A stretch of DNA of 62,922 nt, counting the filler, from Collodictyon triciliatum (lineage: Eukaryota): NCBI GenBank assembly GCA_043381765.1. It is 9 parts of 9 records of this genome, joined end to end, with 100 filler letters (N's around TTAATTAATTAA, not from the genome) between each part and the next. Parts side by side here need not be neighbours in the genome. Positions count along the whole stretch, not along the records: positions 23,721 to 29,897 come from JBHJMP010003732.1; positions 29,998 to 44,348 come from JBHJMP010003733.1; 7 more parts are not named here. One strand, written 5' to 3'. How positions within the stretch are numbered: position 1 is the stretch's first letter; each line of letters opens with the position of its first letter. Below, in pieces: positions 25,144 through 40,900 of this stretch. The position numbers were made by a program, and so were the translations under genes. The notes beneath the pieces are model-generated. The model made no database searches, was not told the origin of the DNA, and saw only the letters and a program-made list of their open reading frames with translations.

Positions 25144-26941
25144 ATGATGTTTTCCGCATCTGCTTTGCACTTGGCCCGATTCTCCTCCAGGCTCGCGACG
25201 CTAAATGGCTTGAGGGTTGTCGCAGGTTTCCTTTTTTCTTTTTCTTTTTCTTTTTCTTTTTTCTTTTTTTCTTTTTTCTTTTTTCTTTTTTCTTTTTTCT
25301 TTTTCTTTTTTTCTTTTTTCTTTTCCTTTTAAAAAAACTTTGTATTTTTTTTTTTAAAAAAAAAAAAACCTATCTACATCATCAATATGCGAACAAGCTG
25401 CACTCCCACACCACCTGCACCGCCAAAATCCGCACAGCCCCGTCCCAAATCGATGGATTAGTGTTGCAAACAAGCGCTTGGCACGTGAAGAACTACCGCC
25501 AGAGTTTTTGCTTCCGCCATCTTTGCCTGAGCAGGAACTTCCACCCAAAAGCATGCGAGACAGGGTTGTCCAGGTAAATATTTTCCTGAGGTTTTTATAT
25601 ATTAACAAGAAACACACCCTTACATATGAATTTTTAGTGAGAGAAAACAACTAAAACTTACCACGACTTAATGATACGTCATGACCAAAGACGATGCTAT
25701 GGTTTACTGGATTCTACTCAGAAACTAGTACTTTAATACGAAAATCACATCGTATTTATCGGACTGTGCAAGTTCAAGTTAACAATCCCATGTTTTACGA
25801 AGGTACTGTTCTAATTTTATGTACATTTGTCTGATATTTGTAATATTCCATGATATGTATAAGCATTTAATATTTGAAATCACATATATTAAAGAGTATA
25901 CTTCCTGTTGAAACAATACAGAAAAACTTCGTTCATCTTTTGCTGATCGTCTTAATGGCCATAATACCACAGTTCCTGGTGGACTTACCGAGAAAACGTT
26001 CCAGGCATGGTTCTCTGTCTCTGTTTTACATGTGTGGATGGTATTCAAACAACTTCGAGTAAAAGGAGATTTTGGGCAAAAACTGAGTCAGCAAGTATTC
26101 GAGCGCTTTTGGGACGATGTCGAGCAGCAAATGAGAAACTCTGGGGTTTCTTTTTATACATACATTTAATAATAATTATTATAATAAATAATTCAGTTGC
26201 TGATTTTATTTTTCTGAGGAATGAAGTTGGCTGAAACTGTTATGTTAATAGTTTTTTTTCTTTTCTCTTAATATGTGATTATCAACAGCTGAAGCTGGAA
26301 TCTCTCATTAACCAAAATATGAAAGAACTTGTCAATATCTACTTTGGCGGGGTTGTTGCATACGACGAGGGTTTTTCGGTTTGGTGATAAAACTCCTTAA
26401 TTGCGTACAATAATTGACCACGTGAATTCCCATCATAACATACATGATTATGAGTCCTCTCTATTTTGCTTATCAGCTACAATATGTAGAACCAAGACAC
26501 TATGCTAGCTGGGTCAGTTTTTAGGTGAGTTGATTGTTATTTATTTGTTGTCCGACCAACTTTTGTGGATTCGCGAGTTCTCTCCGATAAACACATTACA
26601 TTAGAAACCTTCTCGGTATGAATCAGTCCACTTCGGCCACTGCTCTGGACACATACGTTCGGTACATCAGGCGCCAAGTGAATAAAATACGATAATAATA
26701 ATAATCATATTAGCAATAGATATGCATAATTGTCATCATAAAAATGATAAATGTGATGTTGTGATTTTCATCCTGCAATAGACCTTTTTTTTTAAAATAT
26801 ATTACAGAGGAGGTAATTTTCCCCCTTTTCTCCTTGCAATCAAAATCATAGGTTAAACATGTGTCGGAGCAAAATATCGACTATATTGTGGAAGGCCACA
26901 TCCATTGGTTGGAGCCGCCCACACCTCTGAATAAAGAATGA
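25144..26941 (+). CDS. CBP3: Mitochondrial cytochrome b chaperone (complex III assembly factor)
   Basis: Arg/Ser-rich presequence. The spliced product contains TFQAWFSVSVLHVWMV, FERFWDDVEQQM, YFGGVVAYDEG, DTMLAGSVFRNL and YVRYIRRQ, typical of the CBP3/UQCC1 family. Confidence 0.9.
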
Positions 26942-27352
26942 TGAAAGAAAAATGGTTGCATTCGATATATAACCAGAGCTTTCGGCTATTATTGCATTTA
27001 TTTGGCTAATTTTTATTTACGATGGTTTTTGTTTTAAAAAAATGGAACTTTCATATCTGTTTCCTTCGTTGAAAATTCGAATTATTACGCTGAATTGTAT
27101 TTATTTTGGGTGGGTAATGCCACGTTATGGGAGGAGGATTATATTGCATATTGAACGGGAAAATATGCGTGTCTAGATATGCCATAGAAATATATGTGTA
27201 AGATGTGGTAACTTTCTGAAAGGTGTGTGTTGGAAAAGTGCTCTTTTACACGGTTTGGAATTCAGCATTCATCTACGATATTAATATACATGAATTTAAC
27301 CCTTCTTTCGAGAAAAAAATACATATTTATGCAGCGTGTATAACGCGTGATG

Positions 27353-29494
<2,142 letters not shown>

Positions 29495-30766
29495 ATGTAC
29501 TGCTGCTTGCAATAGCTCGACGGTCTTTGCCACAGCGTGGTTTTTGTGGATGTGTTTGCTGCGAGCTTGTAAGGCAACCGAATAGAAAACGCGCTCTCAT
29601 GCCATATAAATATATAATATACAATTATGGAAAATATACATATATATTATATTGTCATGAATAACACCTTTTATAATAGCATTATGTACACAATAATCTC
29701 TGTGTATATATAGACATATGCCTAAATGTAAATTTGATGGCAACGCATCTGGCTGTGGTTTATAGGTTGGTTGGCCTACGCAACGGTACGGACGCATCGG
29801 GGTTGTGACGTAGTCTGTGACATCACCGTGCATAATTCTGTTGCGACTTCCATGACGTCGTTTCGTGTGCGAGTCACCAAGCGTAATGCAATGATGCNNN
29901 NNNNNNNNNNNNNNNNNNNNNNNNNNNNNNNNNNNNNNNNNTTAATTAATTAANNNNNNNNNNNNNNNNNNNNNNNNNNNNNNNNNNNNNNNNNNNNTTT
30001 TTTGTTTTGTTTTTTTTTGTTTTTTGCAAACTCACCATGACCAACAGGCACAGTTGAAAAGCATGCAAATGAAAGGAAAGAAAGAAAATCCCTCGCTGCT
30101 TTTCGCTGATCGGATCTTCATGATTACATCCCTATGATTTATTTTTTTTTTGTGTCATAAGCGAGTTTTGCGAAGAGGGTGGCTGGGCCACAAGCATATG
30201 TGCGAAGAGAAACAGCTGTCTCGTGGCACCGACCTGGGGCTTAGATACAGGATGATCGTCATTATTGACGCGAAGCCCGAGACTGTCCACGTGAGCGCGT
30301 CCGACATTCTGCTCTGCTGTACGGCGTGTATGTTTGTGAATATCGAAACAGGCCTTGTTGACAGGTCTACACTATGGCGGTGTGTGGGAATTGCAACACT
30401 GAATCGTTTGCAAAGCCAATTGGATCTGTTCTAAACCCTGTGCCCACTGTGTGTTTGGATCTTAATCTGATATGAGCTCTATGTAATGGGTTTGTGCCAA
30501 GGCAGACCGTATTCAGGTTTCATGACACGTCAATCAAGACATATTATAGCACAACCTAGCAATTCACCCGACCACAAGGGACGAATGACGCAGTTATTAT
30601 AAATTCCACATCTGACGCAGCACTTTCTGCATGTTCTTTTTAATCAAACTTTTCTGTTTCTCTCGGATTTGTCTTATTAGTCGAGTTTTTATCTTAAACA
30701 ACTAGAAGCTGGCCCACTGGAGATGTTCTTGGGGAGGCTACATCCAGACGCGGTTCCAGTTCGAGC

Positions 30767-31048
30767 TTAGTTCTTCAAGGCCTTGGTATATCCGGCTTTG
30801 GCGCCGATCAAGAAGGCCAGGATGTACAGGATAAAGTAGGAGCGAGGCGCTTTCACCTTCGGATCGAAAAACCAGCTAAGGAATTGGAAGCTAATGGTGA
30901 GTTAGAGGTTCTTTGAAGCCACTGCCAGCCTCAGCGAATGGACAGTTTGTTTTTGGGACTCGCAGGTGAGGACAAACCTGAACGTAGAGTAAGCACCGTA
31001 GCCACCAAAGATGATGCGGATTATGGCGTATGTCTTCGTGTCCAGCAT
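30767..31048 (-). CDS. Small (64 aa) two-exon hydrophobic protein, unknown function
   Basis: MLDTKTYAIIRIIFGGYGAYSTFS|FQFLSWFFDPKVKAPRSYFILYILAFLIGAKAGYTKALKN*. The intron is gtttgt...ctctaac...cattag and codons are strongly C/G-ending. Confidence 0.65.
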
Positions 31049-31610
31049 GGCGGTAGCAGTTGGTTTTGCTGCTTCTGGGAATTTTTTTTTTTACTTTTGC
31101 TTTTGCTTTCTATGAGAGATGTAAACAGTAATTACGCTGCCGCCATTGGTGTTGGTCTTCCAGTTGTGCGTTGATCACGAATCGCAAGCGCTTTCTGCTC
31201 CATGGCTCCAATCAAACCTGGCAGCCGATTTAAGATCCAAAAAAATAGGGCGATTACTCCGAACGCGTGTGACAGATGTGGAATTGGCATTCAGCGTCTG
31301 CATTCGTTGCATCCACTCAGCGCTTGAAGAGGAAGCGCTTTTGATCAGTCTTCTGTGAAGTTGAAGCGAAAGACAGGCGAATTTCCGGCGAAAAAGGCAA
31401 ACCGATCTAAACCATAATTAGATATAGATTGCAAGAGACCTTCGGTATATAAGCTAGTGCGGTGGTGAGGTAATCGGTTGCGGTCGCTCTCCTTGATTGC
31501 TGTTGAGAGTGCGATTAAGAAATCACAGTCATCATCAACTCAACTCAACACCGAACCCAAGCAAACAAGCCAGCCTGCGGCAGAGAAACAAACACCACAA
31601 ACGCGCACGA

Positions 31611-33929
31611 ATGTACCGCCCGAAACTCGACCTCGTTTTCTGCTGCGATTGCACCGGGAGTATGGGAAGCTACTTGCGCTCGGCTCAGGACAACATCAAG
31701 AAGATGTCGGAGGAGCTGCTTGCCACCGAGCAAAGGGACCTGAGATATGCTCTCGTCTGCTATCGGTACAGATTCTTGCGATGCGATTTCATCACCCCGA
31801 TGTGATTCTCACTTTGTGGCAGTGACAAGAATGCTGACGAATTAACTTCTCAAAACGAATGTAGCGATTATCCGCCGCAAGACCGCACCTACGTCACGAA
31901 AACCTTTGAATTCACAGACAGCATCGAAACTATGAAAAGGTACAGCATTTCATTCATTTTAATATCATTGGGTGTAGACTAGGGGTTTGTAGAAAATTTT
32001 TTGTTTGCCAATCTTGTAAATTCTTCTGATTTCCACCACCTTATCTGACACCTAGAAATGTGGACACAATGAGTGCTAGTGGAGGTGGAGACGGCCCAGA
32101 GGCTGTAACTGCTGGTATGCTAGATGCTCTGAATCTCTCGTATCGCGAAGATGCCGTGAAGGTATGCACGAACAAATCAATGCTTTACGAAAATTCTGCA
32201 AGAAGCGCAAGAGTTTTAATTATGTGTCATCTGCTTTACAAAGACAGATATTAATTTGACACCCACAGATCTGCATTCTCATCGCTGACGCGCCACCCCA
32301 TGGAATCGGAGCTAACGGGGACGGGTTTCCCAACGGCTCCCCAGATGGCCAAGACCCGATTCAGATTGCCCGGCAGGTAAAGATTGCACACATTTGACAT
32401 TCTCATTTTCCCATTTTCCCTTCAAAAACTTCTGCTGATCGGATTGCTACGTATAGATGAGAGACCGTAACATCATCCTGTACACTGTGGGATGCGAGCC
32501 TTCTTTGGGTGGCTACAACAATGCCCGTGATTTTTTCCGAGCAGTTGCAGAGATAACCACCGGAAAGGCAATCGCGCTGAATGACGCTATGCTTCTTCCC
32601 AAAGTCATCATCGGAGGAGCAGAAGAGGAGATAAGCATGGAGAAACTGTCCCTTGAAGTTGAAAAGCAACGCCGCTCGATGAAAAGTAACTACCATTCGA
32701 TGGCTATGTCACACTCGATATCATTACCCCAACGAGATTAAGAAAAAAAAAGGGGACGCTTCCAATTACAATCTAATTTTACAATTAAAGACCCTCACTC
32801 AAACACCTTCTCGTCGCCATCGTGTTGTAGTGGCGGACCCAAGCCTGTCAGACGATGAAATCATCCGCAGAGTTACAGCGAAATTGGCTGAAGAGAACCA
32901 ATCAGTGCGCTCACTTTTAGTCGACAAGCAAGTGTAAGTCACCAAAAGATAAGAAAGAAAAATGAAAGATTAACCGCAGGGTTTCATACACCCCGTTCAT
33001 CATCACACAGCCATTCCTTTCAATAAAAAAAACCAAATATTTTCTTCTTTTGTTACAGTCACCCGTTTGGATGATTCCAATCAACAAGCATTTTATTTTC
33101 ATTCCTCATTTCTCTCCCAAAACAACGACACATAAGCATCGAAAATGGCCAAACACAGTACAACAGTCTAAGCAACCAACATCACCCACCATCCAGAGAC
33201 GCACCAAACTTTGACTGCTTCACAACATCCGAGAACCTCGAACAAGCACGCGAGAAGCTCAAAGCCCGGCCAAACGCCACAGTCAACCCAGGCCGTCCCA
33301 GCTCGTCGCTGTTCCACCGCCCTCACAAGGTTCGACCCGCAAAGGCTGCACGACCACCCACAAGGACGATTGCCACACCCAAGTCTGCAAAGCCGGTTAG
33401 AGCATCCACAAGGACGATTGCCACACCCAAGCCCGCAAAGCCGGTTAGAGCATCCAAGGGAGTCGAGGCAGCCTCAGTCCCGCACTACGGAGTGTATCGC
33501 AGCCCGTATGTGCGGAAGGAGCAGGCATACTACACCGCCACACACACCGACGGGACGCCTCTGCGCAGATCCGGCCGCCTCATGTCCATCGCCCTCGACG
33601 CAATTCGCCTGACGTCCCCGACCTCCTCGGCCTCGGCCTCCCCGTGCGCATCGCCCTCCATGACGCCTGCCTCCCCGTGCGCATCGCCCGTCCACAGGAG
33701 GTCTAGCTCGGCAGGCGTCCGCAAGCCAAGAGCCGCCCGAGGGAGGAAGCCCGCCGCCTCCGTAATTCCGCCCGTATCTACGCCCGTCGCTTCCCGCCCT
33801 GCCCATCCGACCGCGCCGCAGACTGTCCTTGTGGACTCACACGTTGTGACCCATGAGGAGGTCGCCCGCATATACGAGAGGAACTCCCGCAGGTTCTGCG
33901 ATGCAGACGAGCTGCCGATGGCTGATTAG
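31611..33929 (+). CDS. von Willebrand A domain protein (vwkA/alpha-kinase-associated vWA type, no kinase) with basic Ser/Pro-rich tail
   Basis: LDLVFCCDCTGSMGSY...YR|DYPPQD...SASGGGDGPEAVTA...|ICILIADAPPHG...GCEP. The tail includes a 48-bp tandem duplication (TRTIATPK(S/P)AKPVRAS x2). Confidence 0.88.
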
Positions 33930-34189
33930 CGCATGCAGTAAGGCCGGCCGTGCTTGTGAGGAAAATCCGGCTTTCTTTTTTCTCGCTCCCTGCGTCTCCT
34001 TGTTTGGAAGATGGGGTCGTTCTCTGAGGGATAATATCCGCTCCGTTCTATCTCCCTCCTGCTTTCATTTTGTCGCTCCTTTATTTTTTTAATATATATA
34101 TATGCAGATACAATTGAATGATTTTGTGATTTGGTTTCTCCTTTGTTGATTTATCCTGCGCTTTTCTCTCTCTCTCATACACTGAGTTG

Positions 34190-36889
34190 TTACTTTATCA
34201 ATCCGCGACTGAAGAGCTCATGACAGCACAAGTAGCAGGCCTCCTTCCGAGCTAGCTTCTTGGTCTGCGCACGCCCAATAAACTGAAAGAAGAAAGAAGA
34301 AAGAAGAAAGAAGAAAGAAGAAAGAAGAAAGAAGAAAGAAGAAAGAAGAAAGAAGAAAGAAGAAAGAAGAAAGAAGAAAGAAGAAGAAAGAAGAAAGAAG
34401 AAGAAAGAAGAAAGAAGAAAGAAGAAAGAAAAAACGTTAGTGTTTCCGGATGATTGGTGTTATGTTAGGTTAAGAGCTCGTCGATATACTTTGGCATTCA
34501 CACGGGTAATATCGCACGGCAAGTGCAACGAAGCCTCGAATCTCTATTGGATATTGGGTGTTCCATGTTACAATCACATGTTTTGAATATCGTGCTGCAT
34601 GAAAGGACGCGCATCAACCCGTTGCACGAAATTACAAGAGATTGGTTTCCTCTTTAGCATCATGCGCATGAACGGACGCTAAAGCCTGCAACTTGTCTGA
34701 AAGATAAAAGAGACTCAGTGTTGGGCGATAGTAAACATACCAGATACGGGTCTGCAGTGGCGCTGTCTTTAAAGAAGGACTCCTGCCACGATACCGGAAG
34801 CATAAAATTCTCCTACACGGATGAAAACAGACTACATAAAATACATGTGTTGCTGGACAAGTCATGTCCCTTTGCCGATTGTGAATTGTTATCTCTCTCT
34901 AATGCGCCTAACCAAAGAAACTCAACCAAACCTGGATTATGTTATTCAGAATGTTAATCCCGTTGCATATATCGACATATCCGTAGCGAGAACTATGGAA
35001 AGTAGACGGTGTGTCGCCTGTATAACTGATTATTTCCGGACTTTGGGATGTTTCTGACGCATTTCCCTGGTTCTGTATAACAAAAAACAAAAACAAAAAA
35101 CAAAAACAAAAAACAAAAACAAAAAACAAAAACAAAAAACAAAAACAAAAACAAAAACAAAAACAAAAACAAAAACAAAAACAAAAACAAAAACAAAAAC
35201 AAAAACAAAAACAATTGATATTTGAATGGTTTTGAATAAGAATTCTTCTCTAATAACGTGGCAGACTCCATTTAAAGGAAATGGACTTTGGTGTTCTTAT
35301 GTATATTAATTACTAATATCACAGACGACCGAGCAGCAGGTATGAAGATTTGGGAGTCTATGCATCATTTCCGTATTATTTTCATTTAGTCAATATTGCC
35401 GGAATTTTTCTAGACAAAGAGATAAAGGTATAATTGTTTTTTTTTTTTAATTTGAATACAATATTTTCAGTTTAACACACCCTTTCCTTTCATCGGATCG
35501 TTTAGATAATACAGAGAATCAGCAAGCACAACAAACTTTCTGTCAACCAGGTCTGCAGAATTCATAGGTTAATCTAGCGTTACACCTATTTTAATTTTCA
35601 ATTCCCAACACGCTTCCTACGAATGAACACATTACCCTGCAACGTCGATGTGATGTTCTGTTGGTCACCTGGTCTAGCAAAATTATGGTCCTGTCCGATT
35701 GAATAAGTAAAATAGTTTATTGGGACTTGTTTAATGACAATAGTTTAGTTCAATTTCGAACCTCCTTATCAATTAATAAGTGAAAAAGAAAACTGTATAA
35801 TTACCACACAAATTCTCTGAATTTGTTCAATAGAGAAAGGGATAACTTTAGACTTATTTCTGACAATATCGGTGTATCTATCGATTCTATCTTGCATTAT
35901 CTGTGGGATGTGTCGATCGAATAAGTGTTTAGAAGTGATGCTTTGTTTTGTCACTTTTCTTTCAAGTATTGCTAGGATGTGTAAGCATGTGATCTTTAAA
36001 ATAATTTAATGAATTGGGGGTTTTAAACAAAAAGTACAAACACGATGAATCTGAGCTTCCCTTTCTGTCTTATCCATGTACAAGTTCCTGATACCAAAAG
36101 CCGACGGGTCTTCGAAGATGGCCACGAGCCCAGTTCTCAGGAGGGAAATAACCTGTTGTTTATCAGTAAATTAATTCAAGATAGTCAAGCAAAAAGATTT
36201 ATATAACCCAAACATCAAATTCATGAGTGTCAAAAGGGTCGATTAAAGAGGTTTCCCACGTCAAAGTATTACCGGAGCGATCTCCTCTTGAATCGTTTTC
36301 TGTAAAACAAACTGTATAACTACTGACTCAGGAAGATAAGAGGAAGCCATGCTCAAGAAAAAGGAGAGCGAAGGCACGATAGAGCGGCGGTTTTCGCTTT
36401 CAAGCTTTTAAAAGTAAATGTTATCTTTTTTTTTTTTAAAAAAAAAAACCCTCGATTTCGACTTTGGTCGTAAGTATTTCGGGCTTAGCAATCCACGAAG
36501 ATAATAAAAGTTAATGCGAGACTGGAAAAAAATTCAGTATCAGATGTGAAGACGGACCACTATCACATGCAGCTGACTCTGCTCCATAATCTTTGAGGCG
36601 CTTGAGGGAGAAACAAAAACTACCATCTCACAGTATTTCGGTATTTCATTCTCATTCGTTTCTCTGTCTAAATGAGCTCTGCATAGAGTCAAAAAAAGCA
36701 AAATGACGGAGTTACAGCAGGGTAGCCAAAGGATAAACATATGATTTAGTTCTTTTTTTGTTTTTGTTTTGCAATACAGAAAATGCAAATGAGGTGGGTC
36801 ACGACTCACCCGACAGAGTATTGCACGATGCAAAGTCTTGTCAAGTCTGTCCTTCTCAGCTGAGGAAGCCAGTAAAACACTTTGTCCAT
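34190..36889 (-). CDS. Multi-exon hypothetical protein with C-terminal Dicer-dimerisation(DUF283)/dsRBD-like domain
   Basis: Last exons: ...YGYVDICNGINILNNIIQ|ENFMLPVSWQESFFKDSATADPYL|RFEASLHLPCDITRVNAK|FIGRAQTKKLARKEACYLCCHELFSRGLIK*. The 5' exon structure is approximate. Confidence 0.6.
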
Positions 36890-37953
36890 TCTAGACGCCT
36901 TTTCTCCTCTTACCCAAAATAAAATGTAAAGTAAAAGAACATCAACAGGTTTGCTTTTCCACTTCTTCGGCCCCCCCTTTTTTTAATTGTTTTGTTTTTT
37001 GTTTTGTTTTTTGTTTTGTTTTTTATTTTGTTTCTTTGGCCTTTCTCTTAGGCGAGCGCGCTGCGACCACAGTCCAACAAAGCTCAAGAATTGACTGTTG
37101 AATGCACAGCGCAAGTATCGTCCGAAGTATTGCGAAGATGCGGTCCAAAATGCCTCAACAGCGTAGGCATATCACACCCGTCTCCACTTGAGCAGCAAAC
37201 TCACTCTTTTCTCTCACTTGCTCATTATCTCTTCTTCTCTTTTCTTCTCCCTATTTCCACTTTGTTTCTTTAGTTTCTTGAATTAATTTTCTTTTCTTTT
37301 CTGATTTTTTTTTTTTTTTTTTTTTATTCTCTTCGGCGAATGCGGTGCGGCGTGATTTGGAGCGCTCCTTATTTGCAATGTCAACCGTGGAGAATTGACG
37401 AAAAGGCTACCGACCCATAATAACAGCCAATAAATTTAGCCCAGATTTAGATGTAATATAAAAATCCAGATCAGTTTGACCTGATTCACAAGGATGTGGA
37501 TTGGTAGAACCCATGTGGCTCAACCCACCACCAGAACCTCATCAGCAAACACAGCCGATCCTAATCCTGTGTTACTCGTTTGCCTTCCCTGCACCTATTG
37601 CGAGCCTGGCTGTTTGTCGAAAAAAGAAAGAGATAAAGAGAGAGAAAAAGAAAAGAAAAAAGAAAAGAAAAAAGAAAAAAGAAAAGAAAAAAGAAAAGAA
37701 AAAAGAAAAGAAAAAAGAAAAGAAAAAAGAAAAGAAAAAAGAAAAGAAAAAAGAAAAGAAAAAAGAAAAGAAAAAAGAAAAGAAAAAAGANNNNNNNNNN
37801 NNNNNNNNNNNNNNNNNNNNNNNNNNNNNNNNNNNNNNNNNNNNNNNNNNNNNNNNNNNNNNNNNAAAAAAGTGGAAAGAAAAAAGTGGAAAGGAAAAAG
37901 TGGATGCACTTCTAATCCCACTCGAGCACAGAGAATACAAGAGCACGACAAGG

Positions 37954-40900
37954 ATGGATCCTGATTTGATCAGCTTCTCGCAAGACTCAGCCCTGCATAA
38001 CGCAGACGACTTTCGCTTTCTGGAAGACGACACGCAAGACGCAGAGGTGCTCATGCCCAGCTTCCCACCTGCGCGAGACTTTGCCGGCCCGCCTGTGCGC
38101 GCCATGGCCGCAGTCACCTTGGAGGACGATCTGACCACACAGACTCAGACGCAGTCTGAGCTGAACTTCCAGGATGATGCGCTGGACCAAGAAACCGTGC
38201 AAAAAGAGCTGCCTGAGTATGCCTGTAGGTATGTTGAGTAATGTCGCTTTTTTTCTCAAGTTGTTTATCAGGGCGTTGTATTTGCATCTTTTAAAATTTG
38301 CTGGTATTTGTATTTGTATTTGGATTGTATTTGTATTTGTATTTGTATTTGTATTTGTATTTGTATTTGTATTTGTATTTGTATTTGTATTTGTATTTGT
38401 ATTTGTATTTGTATTTGTATTGTATTGTATTGTATTGTATTGTATTGTATTGTATTGTATTGTATTGTATTGTATTGTTTAAATGCCTGTATGCAATTTG
38501 GAGATGATCTCCGATAAACTTTTTTATTTTTACGTATAGCTACTGCGGGATTCACCATCCGTCCTCAGTGGTGAAGTGCATGCATCCTTCTTGCCGCAAG
38601 TGGTTCTGCAATGGGCGTGGAAACAGCTCTACATCCCATATCATCAGTCATTTGGTTCGGTCTAAACATAAGGAAGTAAGCCTTCACTCCGAGAGTCCCT
38701 TGGGCGAGACTGTGCTTGAGTGTTATAATTGTGGGACGAGGAATGTATTCCTCCTTGGATTTATTCCGTCGAAAACGGAAGCAGTAGTCGTCTTACTGTG
38801 CAGGTGCTAAATATACAAGCATATATTCTCATTTCATTTAAAAATAATTTAAAATGCTGGAGTCATTTATTAAATTATTCATCAACCGACTTCCTCTGTA
38901 CACCTACGTATATCCATTTATATGCCCTTGCGTTGCACTGCAGGAAATGCTGTTCGCTGATCGAACGCAACCACGAGATTTCTCTTAAATATTCCATTCG
39001 TATTATAGAGAACCGTGTGCGTCGAGCAGGTCACTCAGAGATCTTAGTATGGATGCCTCTCAATGGATGCCCCTGATAGAGGACAGATGCTTTCTTCCGT
39101 GGGTTGTGAAGGTGCCCTCTGAGCAGGACCAACTTCGCGCAAGACAGATTACGCCCCAACAAATTATTCGGCTTGAAGAAACATGGAAAATGAACACAAA
39201 AGCCACATTGGAAGACATTGAGAAGCCTGGTCAAGGAGACGAACCACCGGCTGTGCTACTGAAGTGAGATAGTTTAAAAATCTTTAACCATCCCAATATT
39301 TTTGTGGATTGCGTATAGATCACTTTATACTGCTATTATTCTCCAGTTTAAATTAGTTGCGCATTAAGCATTTAAAAAACAAATAAATATCGTCCCGATT
39401 TACCTCTAGATACAATGACGCCTACCACTACCAAAATGTGTTTGGGCCTCTTATCAAATTAGAGGCTGACTATGATAGGAGTACCAAAGAGTCGCAGACG
39501 CAAGAAGGTGTCACTGTTCGTTGGGACGTTGGTCTCAATAAGAAGCGCCTTGCTTACTTTATCTTCTCAAAGGCTGAGAATGGTGGGTGCTGGCATAGGC
39601 CTCTAGACATGAAAAAAAAAAAGTTGACTCGCAATAACTCATTCAATCTCATCCATAAATATCTCATTCTATTTTGGATTAACAAGCGATGCTTACAACC
39701 TAATTGTAGAGTTGCGTCTTGTTCCCGGAGATGAGCTGAGATTGCGTTATATCGGCAAGGAGCACCCTCCATGGCACGGCGTTGGCCACGTTATCAAGTT
39801 CACGCCAAGTACTCATTTCTGGTCACATTCGGACCCAAACATATAGAAGGAACTTTACCAAGCTCGAGATATCATGTTTGTGAGGCCGAAAATGTCCATA
39901 ATCATTTACTTGCGCAGGCGAGGAAGTCGTCCTGGAGCTCAGGCATAACCAAGGCCCACAAACAGAGGCTACATCTCCTTTCAGTGTTGATTTCGTTTGG
40001 AAGTCCACATCCTTTGATAGGTTTGCCTACAGACCATCTTATCGATAAGTCAATATTATATTCAAGAATGAAAACATCACTAGACCAAGATTGACATGTA
40101 TTACGTGTAGATCACATCGAGAGAATTCTCCTTGGGTTAATGAAATCCATATCTCATCAGTATCTAATCGACGTATATTCCTTATTTATATAACTCACAG
40201 AATGCAGTCTGCTATGAAAACATTTGCGGTGGACGAAACGTCGGTATCTGGTTATATATACCATCGCTTACTTGGGCATGATGTAGAACCACAATACCTA
40301 CGAATCGAATTGCCAAAAAAATCTTCTGTTCCTGGTCTTCCGGAGCTCAACCACTCTCAAATTACTGCCGTAAAGACTGTACTTCAGCGTCCTATCAGCT
40401 TGATTCAGGGCCCACCGGGTACTGGAAAGACAGTCACGTCGGCCACAATTGTGTACCACATGTCCAAGATAAATCGTGCTCAAGTGTTGGTTTGTGCACC
40501 AAGCAATGTTGCCGTTGATCAACTGACAGAAAAGATTCATCTTACAGGCCTCAGGGTTTGTTTTCTTACTTCCTTTACAATAGAATTTGCTTCGGATTAT
40601 ATTTAGTCATGTGTGGCGCGAAAGCTCCAATTTAATGGCCTGAATTTTTTTTTATCTTTGTATAACTATTTATACTTGTACTCGTACTCGTATCTGAATC
40701 AGTATCAAAGAGAGGCATAAGAAACTGCTCCCTGCATCAAGTTATCACCATTTCCAGCACTGATAGCCATGAATGCTTTTGATAGGTTGTTCGCCTTTGT
40801 GCCAAAAGTAGGGAAGCAGTGAGCTCACCTGTGGAATTTCTAACTCTACATTACCAAGTCAAGCATCTGGAGGACCCAGAACGGGGCGAGTTGAATAAAC

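Noticed and set aside
33325-33345. GGTTCGA T-loop-like words as tRNA genes (also ~5280)
   Set aside because: They fall inside coding exons with no cloverleaf pairing. No tRNA or rRNA could be supported in the window.
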